Part shown: positions 27,166-36,044 of the stretch, piece by piece
How the letters are laid out: every line of letters begins with the position of its first letter
Position numbering within the stretch: position 1 is the stretch's first letter
The notes under the pieces: model-generated
Seen by the model: only the letters and a program-made list of their open reading frames with translations
Databases searched by the model: none
Told to the model about the DNA's origin: nothing
Program-made: the position numbers and the translations under genes
Assembly: GCA_965116435.1 (NCBI GenBank)
Contig: OZ220686.1
Span: 1,594,844 to 1,658,843 of the forward strand
DNA length: 64,000 bases
DNA from: Rhodothermales bacterium
GTDB lineage: Bacteria; Bacteroidota; Rhodothermia; Rhodothermales; VXPQ01
Direction: 5' to 3'

Positions 27166-27585
27166 ATGCAAACGCGAGCGGACGCACTCGCCTATATTCG
27201 CCGGCACGGCGAAGAAACGTATCCAGAGGAATGCTGCGGCTTTCTGATCGGACGCCTGTGCGCAGCCGGCAACGATGTGGTCTATGCGCGCCGCGCCGTA
27301 AACCGCAACGCAACGAGGCGAGAAGACCGGTATGTCATTGCGCCCGGAGACTACCTTGCAGCGGATAGCGCCGCTCGCACGGAGAATCTGGACATTGTGG
27401 GCGTCTACCACTCGCACCCGGACCATCCGGCGATTCCTTCCCGAACGGATCTGGAACTGGCGACCTTCCCGGGATACGCCTATGTGATCGTGTCTGTGGA
27501 AAACGGAAAAGCCGCCGCGCTTTCGGCATGGTCGCTCGCCGAAGACCGCTCGCGGTTTCTGCCGGAAGAAATACGTATTCTTTAG
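27166..27585 (+). CDS. JAB/MPN (JAMM) metallopeptidase, Mec+/RadC-less stand-alone type
   Basis: EECCGFLIG (catalytic Glu) and HSHPDHPAIPSRTD (HxHx7Sx2D JAMM motif). The track ORF from 26464 runs across both tRNA genes, so only the part from ATG 27166 is credible. Confidence 0.85.
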   Translation: MQTRADALAYIRRHGEETYPEECCGFLIGRLCAAGNDVVYARRAVNRNATRREDRYVIAPGDYLAADSAARTENLDIVGVYHSHPDHPAIPSRTDLELATFPGYAYVIVSVENGKAAALSAWSLAEDRSRFLPEEIRIL

Positions 27586-27632
27586 GATGCGCTGATCATA
27601 CGCGCTGCCTCGGAAACATCCTGACGCTGGAC

Positions 27633-29084
27633 ATGCCCCGCATTCACATTCCCTCCCCGCTACAGGCGTACGCGGATGGCCAGCGCACCGTAGATATCGA
27701 AGGCGCCACCGTCGGCGAAGCGCTGGCGAACCTGGTGCGGAAGCACCCGGCACTCGAAAAGCACCTCTTTGCAGAAACCGGCAAGCTCCGGCAATTCGTC
27801 AATATCTATCGCAACGAAGAGGACATTCGCTACCTGGACCGCGAAAAAACCGGGTTGGACCCGGCGGACGAAATCTCTATCGTGCCGTCGGTGGCCGGAG
27901 GAAAAGACGGCGACGCCTGCACGGCGCCCGCCCTGAACCCGGAAGAAATCAGACGGTATGGCCGGCACCTGACCCTGCCCGAGTTCGGCATGGCGGGCCA
28001 ACGAAAACTCAAGGCGTCTTCCGTGCTCGTCGTGGGCGCCGGAGGGCTGGGTTCGCCGCTGGCCCTGTACCTTGCCGCCGCCGGGGTCGGCAAAATCGGC
28101 CTCGTAGACTACGATGCGGTAGACGAAACCAACCTGCAACGGCAGATTCTGTACGGAACGAAGGATGTAGGGCGGAAAAAACTGGCGGTGGCCCGCGAAC
28201 GGATCCGCGATGTGAATCCGTTCGTCGATGTGGAAACGTTCGACGTGGCGCTGGCGAGCGACAATGCGCTGGACATTTTTTCGGGGTTCGACCTCGTGGC
28301 GGACGGAACGGATAATTTCCCTACGCGCTACCTGGTGAACGACGCCTGCGTGATGCTGGGCATTCCGAACGCCTACGCCTCTATTTTCCGATTCGAAGGG
28401 CAAGCGTCCGTATTCGGGGCGCCGGATGGCCCGTGCTACCGGTGCCTGTACGAAGAGCCTCCGCCTCCCGGGCTTGTCCCCTCCTGCGCAGAAGGCGGCG
28501 TGCTCGGCGTCCTGCCGGGGCTGGCGGGCGTGGTGCAAGCCGCCGAAGCCATCAAAATGCTTACCGGCGTGGGCGAGCCGCTCGTCGGGCGCTTGCTCCT
28601 CATCGACGCCCTCGGCATGCGCTTCCGGGAGCTGCGCATCCGCCGCAATCCTGCGTGCCCGGTATGCAGCGACCATCCTTCCCAAACCGAACTGATCGAT
28701 TATCAAGCCTTCTGCGGCATTCCATCTTCCCCCAACGGCAACGCCATGAAACAGCAAACATCTCTCCCCGAAATCACGGTGCGCGCACTGAAAGACAGAA
28801 TGGACCGGGGGGACCGCCCCTTTATTCTGGATGTGCGCAAGCCGCACGAATACGACATTGTCAACCTGGGCGGCGCGCTCATCCCGCTGGACGAACTGCC
28901 GGAACGGCTGGACGAACTGGAAGACCGCAAACAAGAAGACATCGTGGTCCACTGCCGCTCGGGCGGACGCTCTGCGCAAGCGGTGCAACTGATGCGTGCG
29001 CACGGATTCGAACAGGCCTGCAACCTGAAAGGCGGCGTGCTGGCCTGGAGCGAAGAAATCGACCCCTCCATGCCCACGTATTAA
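27633..29084 (+). CDS. Fusion protein: MoaD/ThiS-type ubiquitin-like domain (ends ..VAGG), MoeB/ThiF/MoeZ-type E1 adenylyltransferase, and rhodanese
   Basis: aa 1-90 are beta-grasp-like and end IVPSVAGG (GG codons at 27897-27902). RYGRHLTLPEFG..VLVVGAGGLGSP (Rossmann). CYRC and CPVC zinc pairs. SCAEGGVLG catalytic loop. C-terminal rhodanese with HCRSGGRS. Confidence 0.85.
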   Translation: MPRIHIPSPLQAYADGQRTVDIEGATVGEALANLVRKHPALEKHLFAETGKLRQFVNIYRNEEDIRYLDREKTGLDPADEISIVPSVAGGKDGDACTAPALNPEEIRRYGRHLTLPEFGMAGQRKLKASSVLVVGAGGLGSPLALYLAAAGVGKIGLVDYDAVDETNLQRQILYGTKDVGRKKLAVARERIRDVNPFVDVETFDVALASDNALDIFSGFDLVADGTDNFPTRYLVNDACVMLGIPNAYASIFRFEGQASVFGAPDGPCYRCLYEEPPPPGLVPSCAEGGVLGVLPGLAGVVQAAEAIKMLTGVGEPLVGRLLLIDALGMRFRELRIRRNPACPVCSDHPSQTELIDYQAFCGIPSSPNGNAMKQQTSLPEITVRALKDRMDRGDRPFILDVRKPHEYDIVNLGGALIPLDELPERLDELEDRKQEDIVVHCRSGGRSAQAVQLMRAHGFEQACNLKGGVLAWSEEIDPSMPTY

Positions 29085-29184
29085 TCGCACCCTGTTCATC
29101 GTGTGATGGAGCAAGCGCGAAGCGCCGGGGCAGTACGCCCCCGGCAAGGCGCCTGCTTCGCTATGCGCCAGACCCCTGTACCTC

Positions 29185-29994
29185 ATGATTCACAAAACCA
29201 TTCAGGGCGTGGACGTGCCCGCGCTGGGCCTGGGCACCTATCTGCTTACGGGAAAAGCCTGCCGTCGCGGCGTGGCCGAGGCCCTCGATATCGGATACCG
29301 GCACATCGACACGGCAGTCGCTTACGGCAACGAAAAAGAAACCGGGCAAGGACTGCGCGATGCGGGCGTGGCGCGCGAGGATATTTTCCTGACCACGAAA
29401 ATATGGATGGATCATCTCGTCCCGGACCGAATCGCCCCGGCGGCCGAGGAAAGCCTGTCGAAGTTGCGCACGCCCTATGTAGATCTGTTGCTCATCCACT
29501 GGCCCACGCCCGACCTGCAACTGGAAGCATGCCTCGACGAGATGCAGGCCTTGCAGGAAAAGGAGGCGGTGCGGCACATCGGCGTCAGCAATTTTCCGCC
29601 CGCCCTGATGCGCCGGGCCGCCGGGCATGCGCCCATTTTCTGCAATCAGGTGGAGTTTCATCCCTACCTGGACCAAACGCCGCTGCGCGCCCTGGCGCAG
29701 GAATGCGACGCATTGCTGACGGCCTACAGCCCGCTTGCCCGCGGCGACGTGCTGCGAGACCATACGCTGAAAGACATCGGCGCCGCGCACAACAAAACGC
29801 CTGCGCAAGTGGCGTTGCGCTGGCTTCTTCAACTGGACCATGTGGCGGCCATCCCGAAGGCGGCCCGGGCGGAATACCGACGGCAAAACTTCGAGGTGTT
29901 CGATTTTTCGCTGGACGCCGGGGAAATGCAGCGGATCGGCGCCCTGGCCTGCGGAAAACGCATGGTAGATCCCTCCTGGGCCCCCGCCTGGTAA
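29185..29994 (+). CDS. Aldo/keto reductase (2,5-diketo-D-gluconate reductase-like)
   Basis: LGLGTY...GYRHIDTAVAYGNE..., LLIHWP, IGVSNF motifs. Confidence 0.88.
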   Translation: MIHKTIQGVDVPALGLGTYLLTGKACRRGVAEALDIGYRHIDTAVAYGNEKETGQGLRDAGVAREDIFLTTKIWMDHLVPDRIAPAAEESLSKLRTPYVDLLLIHWPTPDLQLEACLDEMQALQEKEAVRHIGVSNFPPALMRRAAGHAPIFCNQVEFHPYLDQTPLRALAQECDALLTAYSPLARGDVLRDHTLKDIGAAHNKTPAQVALRWLLQLDHVAAIPKAARAEYRRQNFEVFDFSLDAGEMQRIGALACGKRMVDPSWAPAW

Positions 29995-30090
29995 ACCCGG
30001 TCCTCCGCGAAAACAAGTGGAAATAATCCCGCCTGGTCGCTATTTTTGGAAACACGCTAAACCGAAACCACCCACCCTACCGCACGCGTC

Positions 30091-31425
30091 ATGCAAACCC
30101 ACCGCTTGAAAAAACTGCTGCTCCCGGCCATACTGCCCCTGCTCATTATCGCAGGCTGGAGCCTGTCCGAAAGGAACGATCCCCTGCCAGACGCCGCCAT
30201 CGACGCGTCCGTATGCGACGAAGACAACGGCGGCCTGGTCCTCCCCGACGGCTTCTGCGCGGGCGTCGTGGCGGACAACGTAGGACTCCTCCGACACATC
30301 GTCGTGGACGAGGACGAGGACATTTATGTTATACACCGACGCGTTCTGGAGGACGGAGGGGGCATTACGGCGCTCCGCGATACGGACCAGGACGGCAAGG
30401 CGGATTCCATGCACCATTTCGGCGGCGTCGCCGGCACGGGCCTGGCGCTCTACGACGGCTACCTGTACGCCGCGACAGATACCTCGGTCTACCGGTTCGC
30501 CTTTGAGGACGGCGCGCTCGTGCCTTCCGGCGACCCCGAACGCATCGTGGAGGGCTTCCTCGGAGGGCTGGGACAGGCGCAACACCCCTCCAAGGCGATC
30601 GCCTTCGACAACGAGGGGCATCTGTACGTCAACGTAGGCGCCCCGTCGAACGCGTGCCAGGAAACCTCGCGCTCGCCCGGATCGTCCGGCTTGGACCCCT
30701 GCCCGCAACTTGAATGGTCCAGCGGCGTGTGGCGGTTCGACGCCGCGACGCCCGGACAGACCCAGCGAGCGGACGGGCATCACTTTGCGACGGGCATTCG
30801 GAACGGCCTGGCGATGGCGTGGCACCCCGGCGCAGGCAGCATGTACCTCGTGCAGCATGGCCGCGACCAGCTGAACACGCTGTGGCCGGACTACTATACG
30901 GACGAGCAAAACGCCGAACTGCCCGCCGAGGAAATGTTCCGACTCTACGACGGAGCGGATTTCGGATGGCCGTATTGCTACTACGATCACCTGCAGGGGA
31001 TGAAACTCCTCTCGCCGGAATACGGGGGAGACGGCGCGGAAGTCGGGCAGTGCGCCGACGTGGAAGCCCCGGTCGTTGCCTTTCCGGCGCATTACGCCCC
31101 GAACGATATGGTCTTCAACACGCAGGAGCACTTCCCGGCGCAGTACGGGAACGGCGCCTTCATCGCGTTTCACGGGTCCTGGAACCGGGGACCGCTTCCG
31201 CAGGAAGGATACCAGGTGGCTTTCGCGCCCATGGACGCCTCCGGCGAACCGACCGGCGACTGGGAAACGTTCGCCGACGGATTCAAGGGGACCGATATGC
31301 TTGCATCCCCCGGAGACGCCGTATACCGCCCGATGGGCCTCGCTTTCGGGCCGCACGGCTCCCTGTACGTAGCGGATTCGATGAAAGGACGCATCTGGCG
31401 CATCGTCTATAAGGGCATGGAATAG
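30091..31425 (+). CDS. Secreted PQQ-dependent sugar (glucose/sorbosone) dehydrogenase-like beta-propeller protein
   Basis: Signal/anchor N-terminus. HPSKAIAFDNEGHLYVNVGAPSNAC.., WRFDA.., FATGIRNGLAMAWHP, GWPYCY, FGPHGSLYVADS are typical of the family. Confidence 0.7.
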   Translation: MQTHRLKKLLLPAILPLLIIAGWSLSERNDPLPDAAIDASVCDEDNGGLVLPDGFCAGVVADNVGLLRHIVVDEDEDIYVIHRRVLEDGGGITALRDTDQDGKADSMHHFGGVAGTGLALYDGYLYAATDTSVYRFAFEDGALVPSGDPERIVEGFLGGLGQAQHPSKAIAFDNEGHLYVNVGAPSNACQETSRSPGSSGLDPCPQLEWSSGVWRFDAATPGQTQRADGHHFATGIRNGLAMAWHPGAGSMYLVQHGRDQLNTLWPDYYTDEQNAELPAEEMFRLYDGADFGWPYCYYDHLQGMKLLSPEYGGDGAEVGQCADVEAPVVAFPAHYAPNDMVFNTQEHFPAQYGNGAFIAFHGSWNRGPLPQEGYQVAFAPMDASGEPTGDWETFADGFKGTDMLASPGDAVYRPMGLAFGPHGSLYVADSMKGRIWRIVYKGME

Positions 31426-31456
31426 CTCCTGCCCTCCTTTTTGCGCCTTTTCTTTT

Positions 31457-31507
31457 CCCTGTCGGCGGCGCGCCGGATCGCAGCGCGTCGCCGACAGGGT
31501 TTTTTTA
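31457..31507 (+). terminator. Rho-independent terminator after the dehydrogenase gene
   Basis: Stem ccctgtcggcg (31457-31467) / cgccgacaggg (31489-31499), followed by the run TTTTTTTA. Confidence 0.8.
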
Positions 31508-31804
31508 TGCCTGCGCCCGCCGGTCGGCAAGCAATCCGCGGGGCGCTCCTTGCTGCCTATTGTTTTCGCCTACCCCTCTGTGTGGACGCAGTCAGGGCGT
31601 TCCGGCCTTGTGCTTCCGCGATGCGGCCCATCGAACCGCCCGGACCCGGGCAAAACCCGCCCGGAATTGGATGAAGATTTGACAAAAAAGACATCGAAAA
31701 TCCAAAAAAGCCTAAAAAGAGTAGATAAATAGTACAAAATGCATTATTTTTTTTCGTGTTAGTGCCAAACAACCTAATTTTTTAACAAAAACACGGCTTC
31801 CGCC

Positions 31805-33145
31805 ATGCGTTTTCTCCTTTGCCTCCTTGCGCTACCCGCTCTTGCCCTCGCCGAACCCGCGTTCGCCCAGGACGCCGCGCCAGAATCCGCGCTGTCCGGC
31901 GCCGATACAGCGTGGATGCTGATTTCCACCGCCCTGGTTCTGTTGATGACGCCGGCGCTCGCCTTTTTCTACGGCGGGCTGGTTCGCGCCAAAAACACGC
32001 TCAACACCATGATGATGAGCTTCATTTCCCTGGGCGTCGCCGGCGTGCTCTGGGCCCTGTTTGGATACTCGCTGGCCTTCGGGGACGGCAACCTGTGGAT
32101 CGGGGACTTCTCGATGGCGTTCCTGAACGGGGTAGGCCTGGAGCCCGACGGCAGCATTCCCTCGTTGCTCTTCATGGCCTTTCAGGGGACGTTCTTCATC
32201 ATTACCGTTGCGCTGATCTCCGGCGCCGTGGTCGAGCGGATGCGCTTCAAGGCCTACCTGCTTTTCCTCCCGCTGTGGGCGCTGCTCGTCTATGCTCCGG
32301 TGTGCCACTGGGTATGGAGCGGGAACGCCTGGCTGGGAGACCTGGGCGCGCTCGACTTCGCAGGAGGCGCCGTCGTGCACATCAATGCCGGGGTAGCCGC
32401 CGTAGTAGCGGCGGTCGTCCTTGGCGTCCGCAAGGATTACGGCAGACAAGCCATCATTCCGCATAATGTGCCTTTCGTGCTTCTGGGGGCAGGATTGCTC
32501 TGGTTCGGCTGGTTCGGCTTCAATGGGGGAAGCGCCCTCGCCGCGGACGGCGTCGCAGCGCTTGCGCTGGTAAACACCATGCTGGCGCCCGCCGCCACGC
32601 TCACCGTCTGGAGCGTAATAGATATGGGCCGCACGGGCAAAGTCACCGCCGTGGGCGCCGCCACCGCCATTGTGGTCGGCCTCGTAGCGATCACGCCCGC
32701 CGCCGGATTCGTTTCGCCAATCTCCTCCTTGTTGATCGGCGGCATTACGGCCTTTCCGTGCTATTTCGCCATTCAGTGGCGCGCGCGTACGCGTCTGGAC
32801 GATTCCCTCGACGTATTCGCCGCGCACGGCCTTGGCGGCATCATGGGGGCCCTTCTGACCGGCGTATTTGCAGAAAGCGCCTGGGGCGGCGCGGACGGAC
32901 TGCTTTTCGGCAATCCGATGCAGTTAGGCGTACAGGCGCTCTCCGTGGTCGCCGTCATGCTCTATAGCGGCATCGTTACGTTTCTCATCCTCAAGATCGT
33001 CGGCCTCGTCACGGCCTTGCGCCCGGGCATTCCGCACGAAGGCATGGGACTGGATATCGCCAGCCACGGCGAAGAAGCCTACTCCGACGGCGAAGGCATC
33101 GTGCTGCTGCTCGACGAGGAAATGCGAACGCCTTCCGCCGCATAG
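31805..33145 (+). CDS. amtB: Ammonium transporter (Amt family)
   Basis: DTAWMLISTALVLLMTPALAFFYGGLVR, AGGAVVHINAG, FAAHGLGGIMGALLTG. Preceded by an AT-rich ~120-bp promoter region. Confidence 0.93.
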   Translation: MRFLLCLLALPALALAEPAFAQDAAPESALSGADTAWMLISTALVLLMTPALAFFYGGLVRAKNTLNTMMMSFISLGVAGVLWALFGYSLAFGDGNLWIGDFSMAFLNGVGLEPDGSIPSLLFMAFQGTFFIITVALISGAVVERMRFKAYLLFLPLWALLVYAPVCHWVWSGNAWLGDLGALDFAGGAVVHINAGVAAVVAAVVLGVRKDYGRQAIIPHNVPFVLLGAGLLWFGWFGFNGGSALAADGVAALALVNTMLAPAATLTVWSVIDMGRTGKVTAVGAATAIVVGLVAITPAAGFVSPISSLLIGGITAFPCYFAIQWRARTRLDDSLDVFAAHGLGGIMGALLTGVFAESAWGGADGLLFGNPMQLGVQALSVVAVMLYSGIVTFLILKIVGLVTALRPGIPHEGMGLDIASHGEEAYSDGEGIVLLLDEEMRTPSAA

Positions 33146-33198
33146 CCCAACCGCCATTTTATCCTTTCATCCACCTTCCACCCTTTGGGGTTCTTGCC

Positions 33199-33564
33199 AT
33201 GAAATTAGTCAGAGCGATCATTCGGCCCGAAAAACTCACCGATGTGCTCACCGAATTGTTCAAAGCGGAAATCACCGGCCTTACGGTGACGCGCGTTCGC
33301 GGCCACGGCGGCGAAACGGAAATCGTGGAAACCTATCGGGGCACCACGGCGAAAAAAGAACTCACCGAGAAAATCATGCTGGACATCGGCGTCTCGGATC
33401 CGGTGCTCGACACAGCCATCAACACCTTGCTTGCAGCAGCCCGCACGGGCGAAGTGGGCGACGGGAAAGTTTTCGTGATTCCGGTAGAAAAAATCTACCG
33501 GATTCGAACCGGCGAAGAAGACATCTCTGCCGTTACGCCCGTCTCTACCGAGGCGCACGCATAG
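33199..33564 (+). CDS. glnK: Nitrogen regulatory protein P-II (GlnK-type, amtB-linked)
   Basis: MKLVRAIIRPEKL...VTRVRGHGGE...TGEVGDGKVFV. Position immediately after amtB. Confidence 0.9.
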   Translation: MKLVRAIIRPEKLTDVLTELFKAEITGLTVTRVRGHGGETEIVETYRGTTAKKELTEKIMLDIGVSDPVLDTAINTLLAAARTGEVGDGKVFVIPVEKIYRIRTGEEDISAVTPVSTEAHA

Positions 33565-33600
33565 CCCAGCGCGCGCCTCGACGAACGCACAGCAAGTCCG

Positions 33601-33650
33601 TATGCCTTTGCGCCGGGAAGCCTCTCCAGATAAACCCGGCGCAGAGGCAT
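33601..33650 (+). terminator. 17-bp stem hairpin downstream of glnK (possible terminator, weak U-tract)
   Basis: tatgcctttgcgccggg (33601-33617) pairs with cccggcgcagaggcata (33634-33650) with one mismatch. Confidence 0.45.
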
Positions 33651-33764
33651 ACTTATGTGAAAAACTGCGGCCATGCCTGAAAAAGCCATTCCATTCGAGC
33701 GCCCGGCGTATGCAGGCAGCCGACAGGGACTGGTCCAGCAGATCGCGAAGCCCGGACAGGATGC

Positions 33765-33945
33765 GCTTTTTCTTTTAGTTACGTAAATACATTATTTACA
33801 ATAATTTACGAATAAATACAACGGCGGCGCGGGCCGCAAGGCGAACGCCCGTCAGGCGGGCTCCTTGCAAATCCTTGGCCAATCCGAACGAAAACAAGTG
33901 TTTACAGGCGCCTTGCCCATAGAATGTGGATAACTTGTGGGCAAG
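33765..33945. promoter_or_regulatory. Candidate oriC/dnaA control region: AT-rich unwinding-like element plus DnaA boxes
   Basis: 33765-33822 is nearly pure AT with the repeated motifs acgtaaataca / acgaataaataca. Perfect DnaA box TGTGGATAA (33925-33933, complement of TTATCCACA) sits inside the inverted repeat ccttgccca...tgggcaagg (33911-33945). Two 2-mismatch boxes at 33792-33800 and 33936-33944. Confidence 0.4.
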
Positions 33946-34104
33946 GGCTTCGGGTCGTGTATTCTTTGTTAGAAAATTGTAACGAATTGTACTTGCAATC
34001 CGTCGCGGGCAAGCATAAAATGGAAGGTAACGAATGGGCTACCATCCTATGCCTCACCCCCACTCGGTTCGTTGCCTCGAACCGCCACCCGCTTGATACA
34101 GTAC

Positions 34105-35565
34105 ATGCCTTCCGCCACTGCCGAAAAAACGTGGGAAACCTGTCTCACCCAAATTTCCAACCAAATAACCAAGCAGTCTTTTCACACCTGGTTCGCGCCG
34201 ATCCGGCTAATCAACCTGGAAGAGAACCACGAGACTGCGCGGCTCCGTTTGGCTGTCCCCAACGCCTTTCATACCGAATGGCTGGAGTCTCATTATGCGC
34301 ACGTCGTCCGGAAAACCGCCTCCCAAGTCCTTGGTAGACAGACCAGCGTCGCCTACGAGATCGAACCGGAGATAACGCCAGCCAACGACAAGGCCGAACC
34401 CGCGGTCTTGCCGCCCAAACCTGCGCGACAGAACAGGGAATACCTGCCTCGCGCCTGGCCCGCCGCACCGGCCCCGCCAGAACGCCCCGCCCCGCGCACC
34501 GCACCCATCCGGAATACTTCGCTCAGGCCGGAGTACACCTTCGATTCATTCATCGAGGGCGATTCCAACCAGTTTGCCCGCGGGGGCGCCGTCGCGATTG
34601 CCGAAGACCCGAAAGGCACCGGGTACAATCCCTTTATGATCTACGGAGACACCGGACTGGGCAAAACCCACCTGGTACAGGCGATCGGAAACTACGCCCT
34701 GCAGAAAAACGCGAACCTGCGCGTCCATTACGTATCGGGCGAGCAGTTCACGTCCCAGTTCATCCACTCGATTCAGGAGAACCGGATCCACCGTTTCTCC
34801 AACTTCTACCGGCAAATCGACTTGCTGATCGTGGATGACGTGCAGTTTCTGAGCGGCAAGGAGAAAACGCAGGAGGAATTCTTCCACATCTTCAACGAAC
34901 TCCATCAACGGGGCAAGAAGATCATCCTCTGCGCCGACCGCCCCCCCTCCGCGATCACCGGAATACAGGAACGCCTGCTGTCGCGCTTTCAATGGGGGCT
35001 TTCCGCAGACATTCAGCCGCCCGAACTGGAAACGCGCATCGCCATTTTGCAACACAAGGCGTTCAAGATGGGCGTATCCCTGCGCACGGATGTGCTGGAA
35101 TTCGTGGCGGAACGGATCCGCGCCAACATCCGGCAACTGGAAGGCGCGTTACACAAGTTGTCTGCGTACGTTACGCATCACCACCAGGATATCGACGTCA
35201 ACACGGCGAAAGGCATCCTCCAGGATCTGATGGAGGATTGCCAGGTGCGCCTCGAAATCGAGGACATCCAGCGTTGCGTAGCCCAGTTTCACGGGATCAA
35301 ACCCGAGTTGCTTGCGGCCAAGACGAAGAAACAGGAGGTGGTCACCGCACGCCACCTTGCCATGTACTTTTGCAGGAAACTAACCTCGCATTCCCTGAAA
35401 AGCATCGGGCAGCGCTTCGGCGGGCGCGATCACTCGACAGTGATACATGCGTGCAAAGCAGTCGAAAACCGCATCGAACTGGAAGATGCGTTCCGGAACG
35501 AAATGACGGTCGCCCGGGAACGGCTCGAACGCTACACGCCCGGCCGCTCGGGCAGGCATGGATAA
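34105..35565 (+). CDS. dnaA: Chromosomal replication initiator protein DnaA
   Basis: W..CL..I...I..QSFHTWF N-domain, AAA+ GDTGLGKTHL, DDVQFL, C-terminal DNA-binding RHLAMYF..LT..SL..IG..FGGRDHSTVIHA. ATG 34105 preferred over the TTG at 34072. Confidence 0.95.
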   Translation: MPSATAEKTWETCLTQISNQITKQSFHTWFAPIRLINLEENHETARLRLAVPNAFHTEWLESHYAHVVRKTASQVLGRQTSVAYEIEPEITPANDKAEPAVLPPKPARQNREYLPRAWPAAPAPPERPAPRTAPIRNTSLRPEYTFDSFIEGDSNQFARGGAVAIAEDPKGTGYNPFMIYGDTGLGKTHLVQAIGNYALQKNANLRVHYVSGEQFTSQFIHSIQENRIHRFSNFYRQIDLLIVDDVQFLSGKEKTQEEFFHIFNELHQRGKKIILCADRPPSAITGIQERLLSRFQWGLSADIQPPELETRIAILQHKAFKMGVSLRTDVLEFVAERIRANIRQLEGALHKLSAYVTHHHQDIDVNTAKGILQDLMEDCQVRLEIEDIQRCVAQFHGIKPELLAAKTKKQEVVTARHLAMYFCRKLTSHSLKSIGQRFGGRDHSTVIHACKAVENRIELEDAFRNEMTVARERLERYTPGRSGRHG

Positions 35566-35580
35566 ACGATAAAACCGAAA

Positions 35581-35607
35581 CAGGGAGCACGATCGCCGTG
35601 CTCCCTG
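35581..35607. other. 11-bp perfect stem hairpin between the convergent dnaA and small minus-strand gene
   Basis: cagggagcacg (35581-35591), loop atcgc, cgtgctccctg (35597-35607). No U-tract on either side. Confidence 0.5.
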
Positions 35608-35647
35608 CCGGGTATGGACGGGCGCGAACACATGTTCGCAACGATCC

Positions 35648-35845
35648 TTACTTCTTTTTCTTCAGGACGGGCAAGCCGTTGGATGTCTCGGCGACCTCGC
35701 GGTCTGCCGGAACGGCGTCAAGCGCCCCCTCCTTTACCTGCTTGCCGAAGTAATAAATGGTCTGTTCGCGACCGTTCTTCAGCGTGGTGTGCTTGCTGTG
35801 GAGATAATAGGTCGTTCCCTTGGAATTGGTGTGTGCGTAGGCCAT
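35648..35845 (-). CDS. Small hypothetical protein (65 aa, Lys-rich C-terminus)
   Basis: Clean ORF in an otherwise non-coding gap. Composition is unlike shadow ORFs (MAYAHTNSKGTTYYLHSKHTTLKNGREQTIYYFGK...LPVLKKKK). No family recognised. Confidence 0.45.
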   Translation of the reverse strand: MAYAHTNSKGTTYYLHSKHTTLKNGREQTIYYFGKQVKEGALDAVPADREVAETSNGLPVLKKKK

Positions 35846-36044
35846 GTGCGTAGAGGTATGACTTTGGTCAAATACGTGTTCGGGTGTTCTGAAAAAGGCG
35901 AGGGCTTCCTGCGCAAGGCCTGAAATGCGCCCGGCTGTTCAAGAGTGGCTCTGCCCCACATTGAACGAAACATACCACCAAAAAGGCAATTACGCAAGAG
36001 CCAAATGCGAATAGAAGCCCTATGGCGGTAAAAAACCCCTTTTT

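Noticed and set aside
31680-31804. Sigma-54 (TGGCAC-N5-TTGC) or NtcA-type site upstream of amtB
   Set aside because: Only a partial TGGCAC on the opposite strand was found, without the TTGC element. No convincing match was seen, so only a generic AT-rich promoter region is noted.
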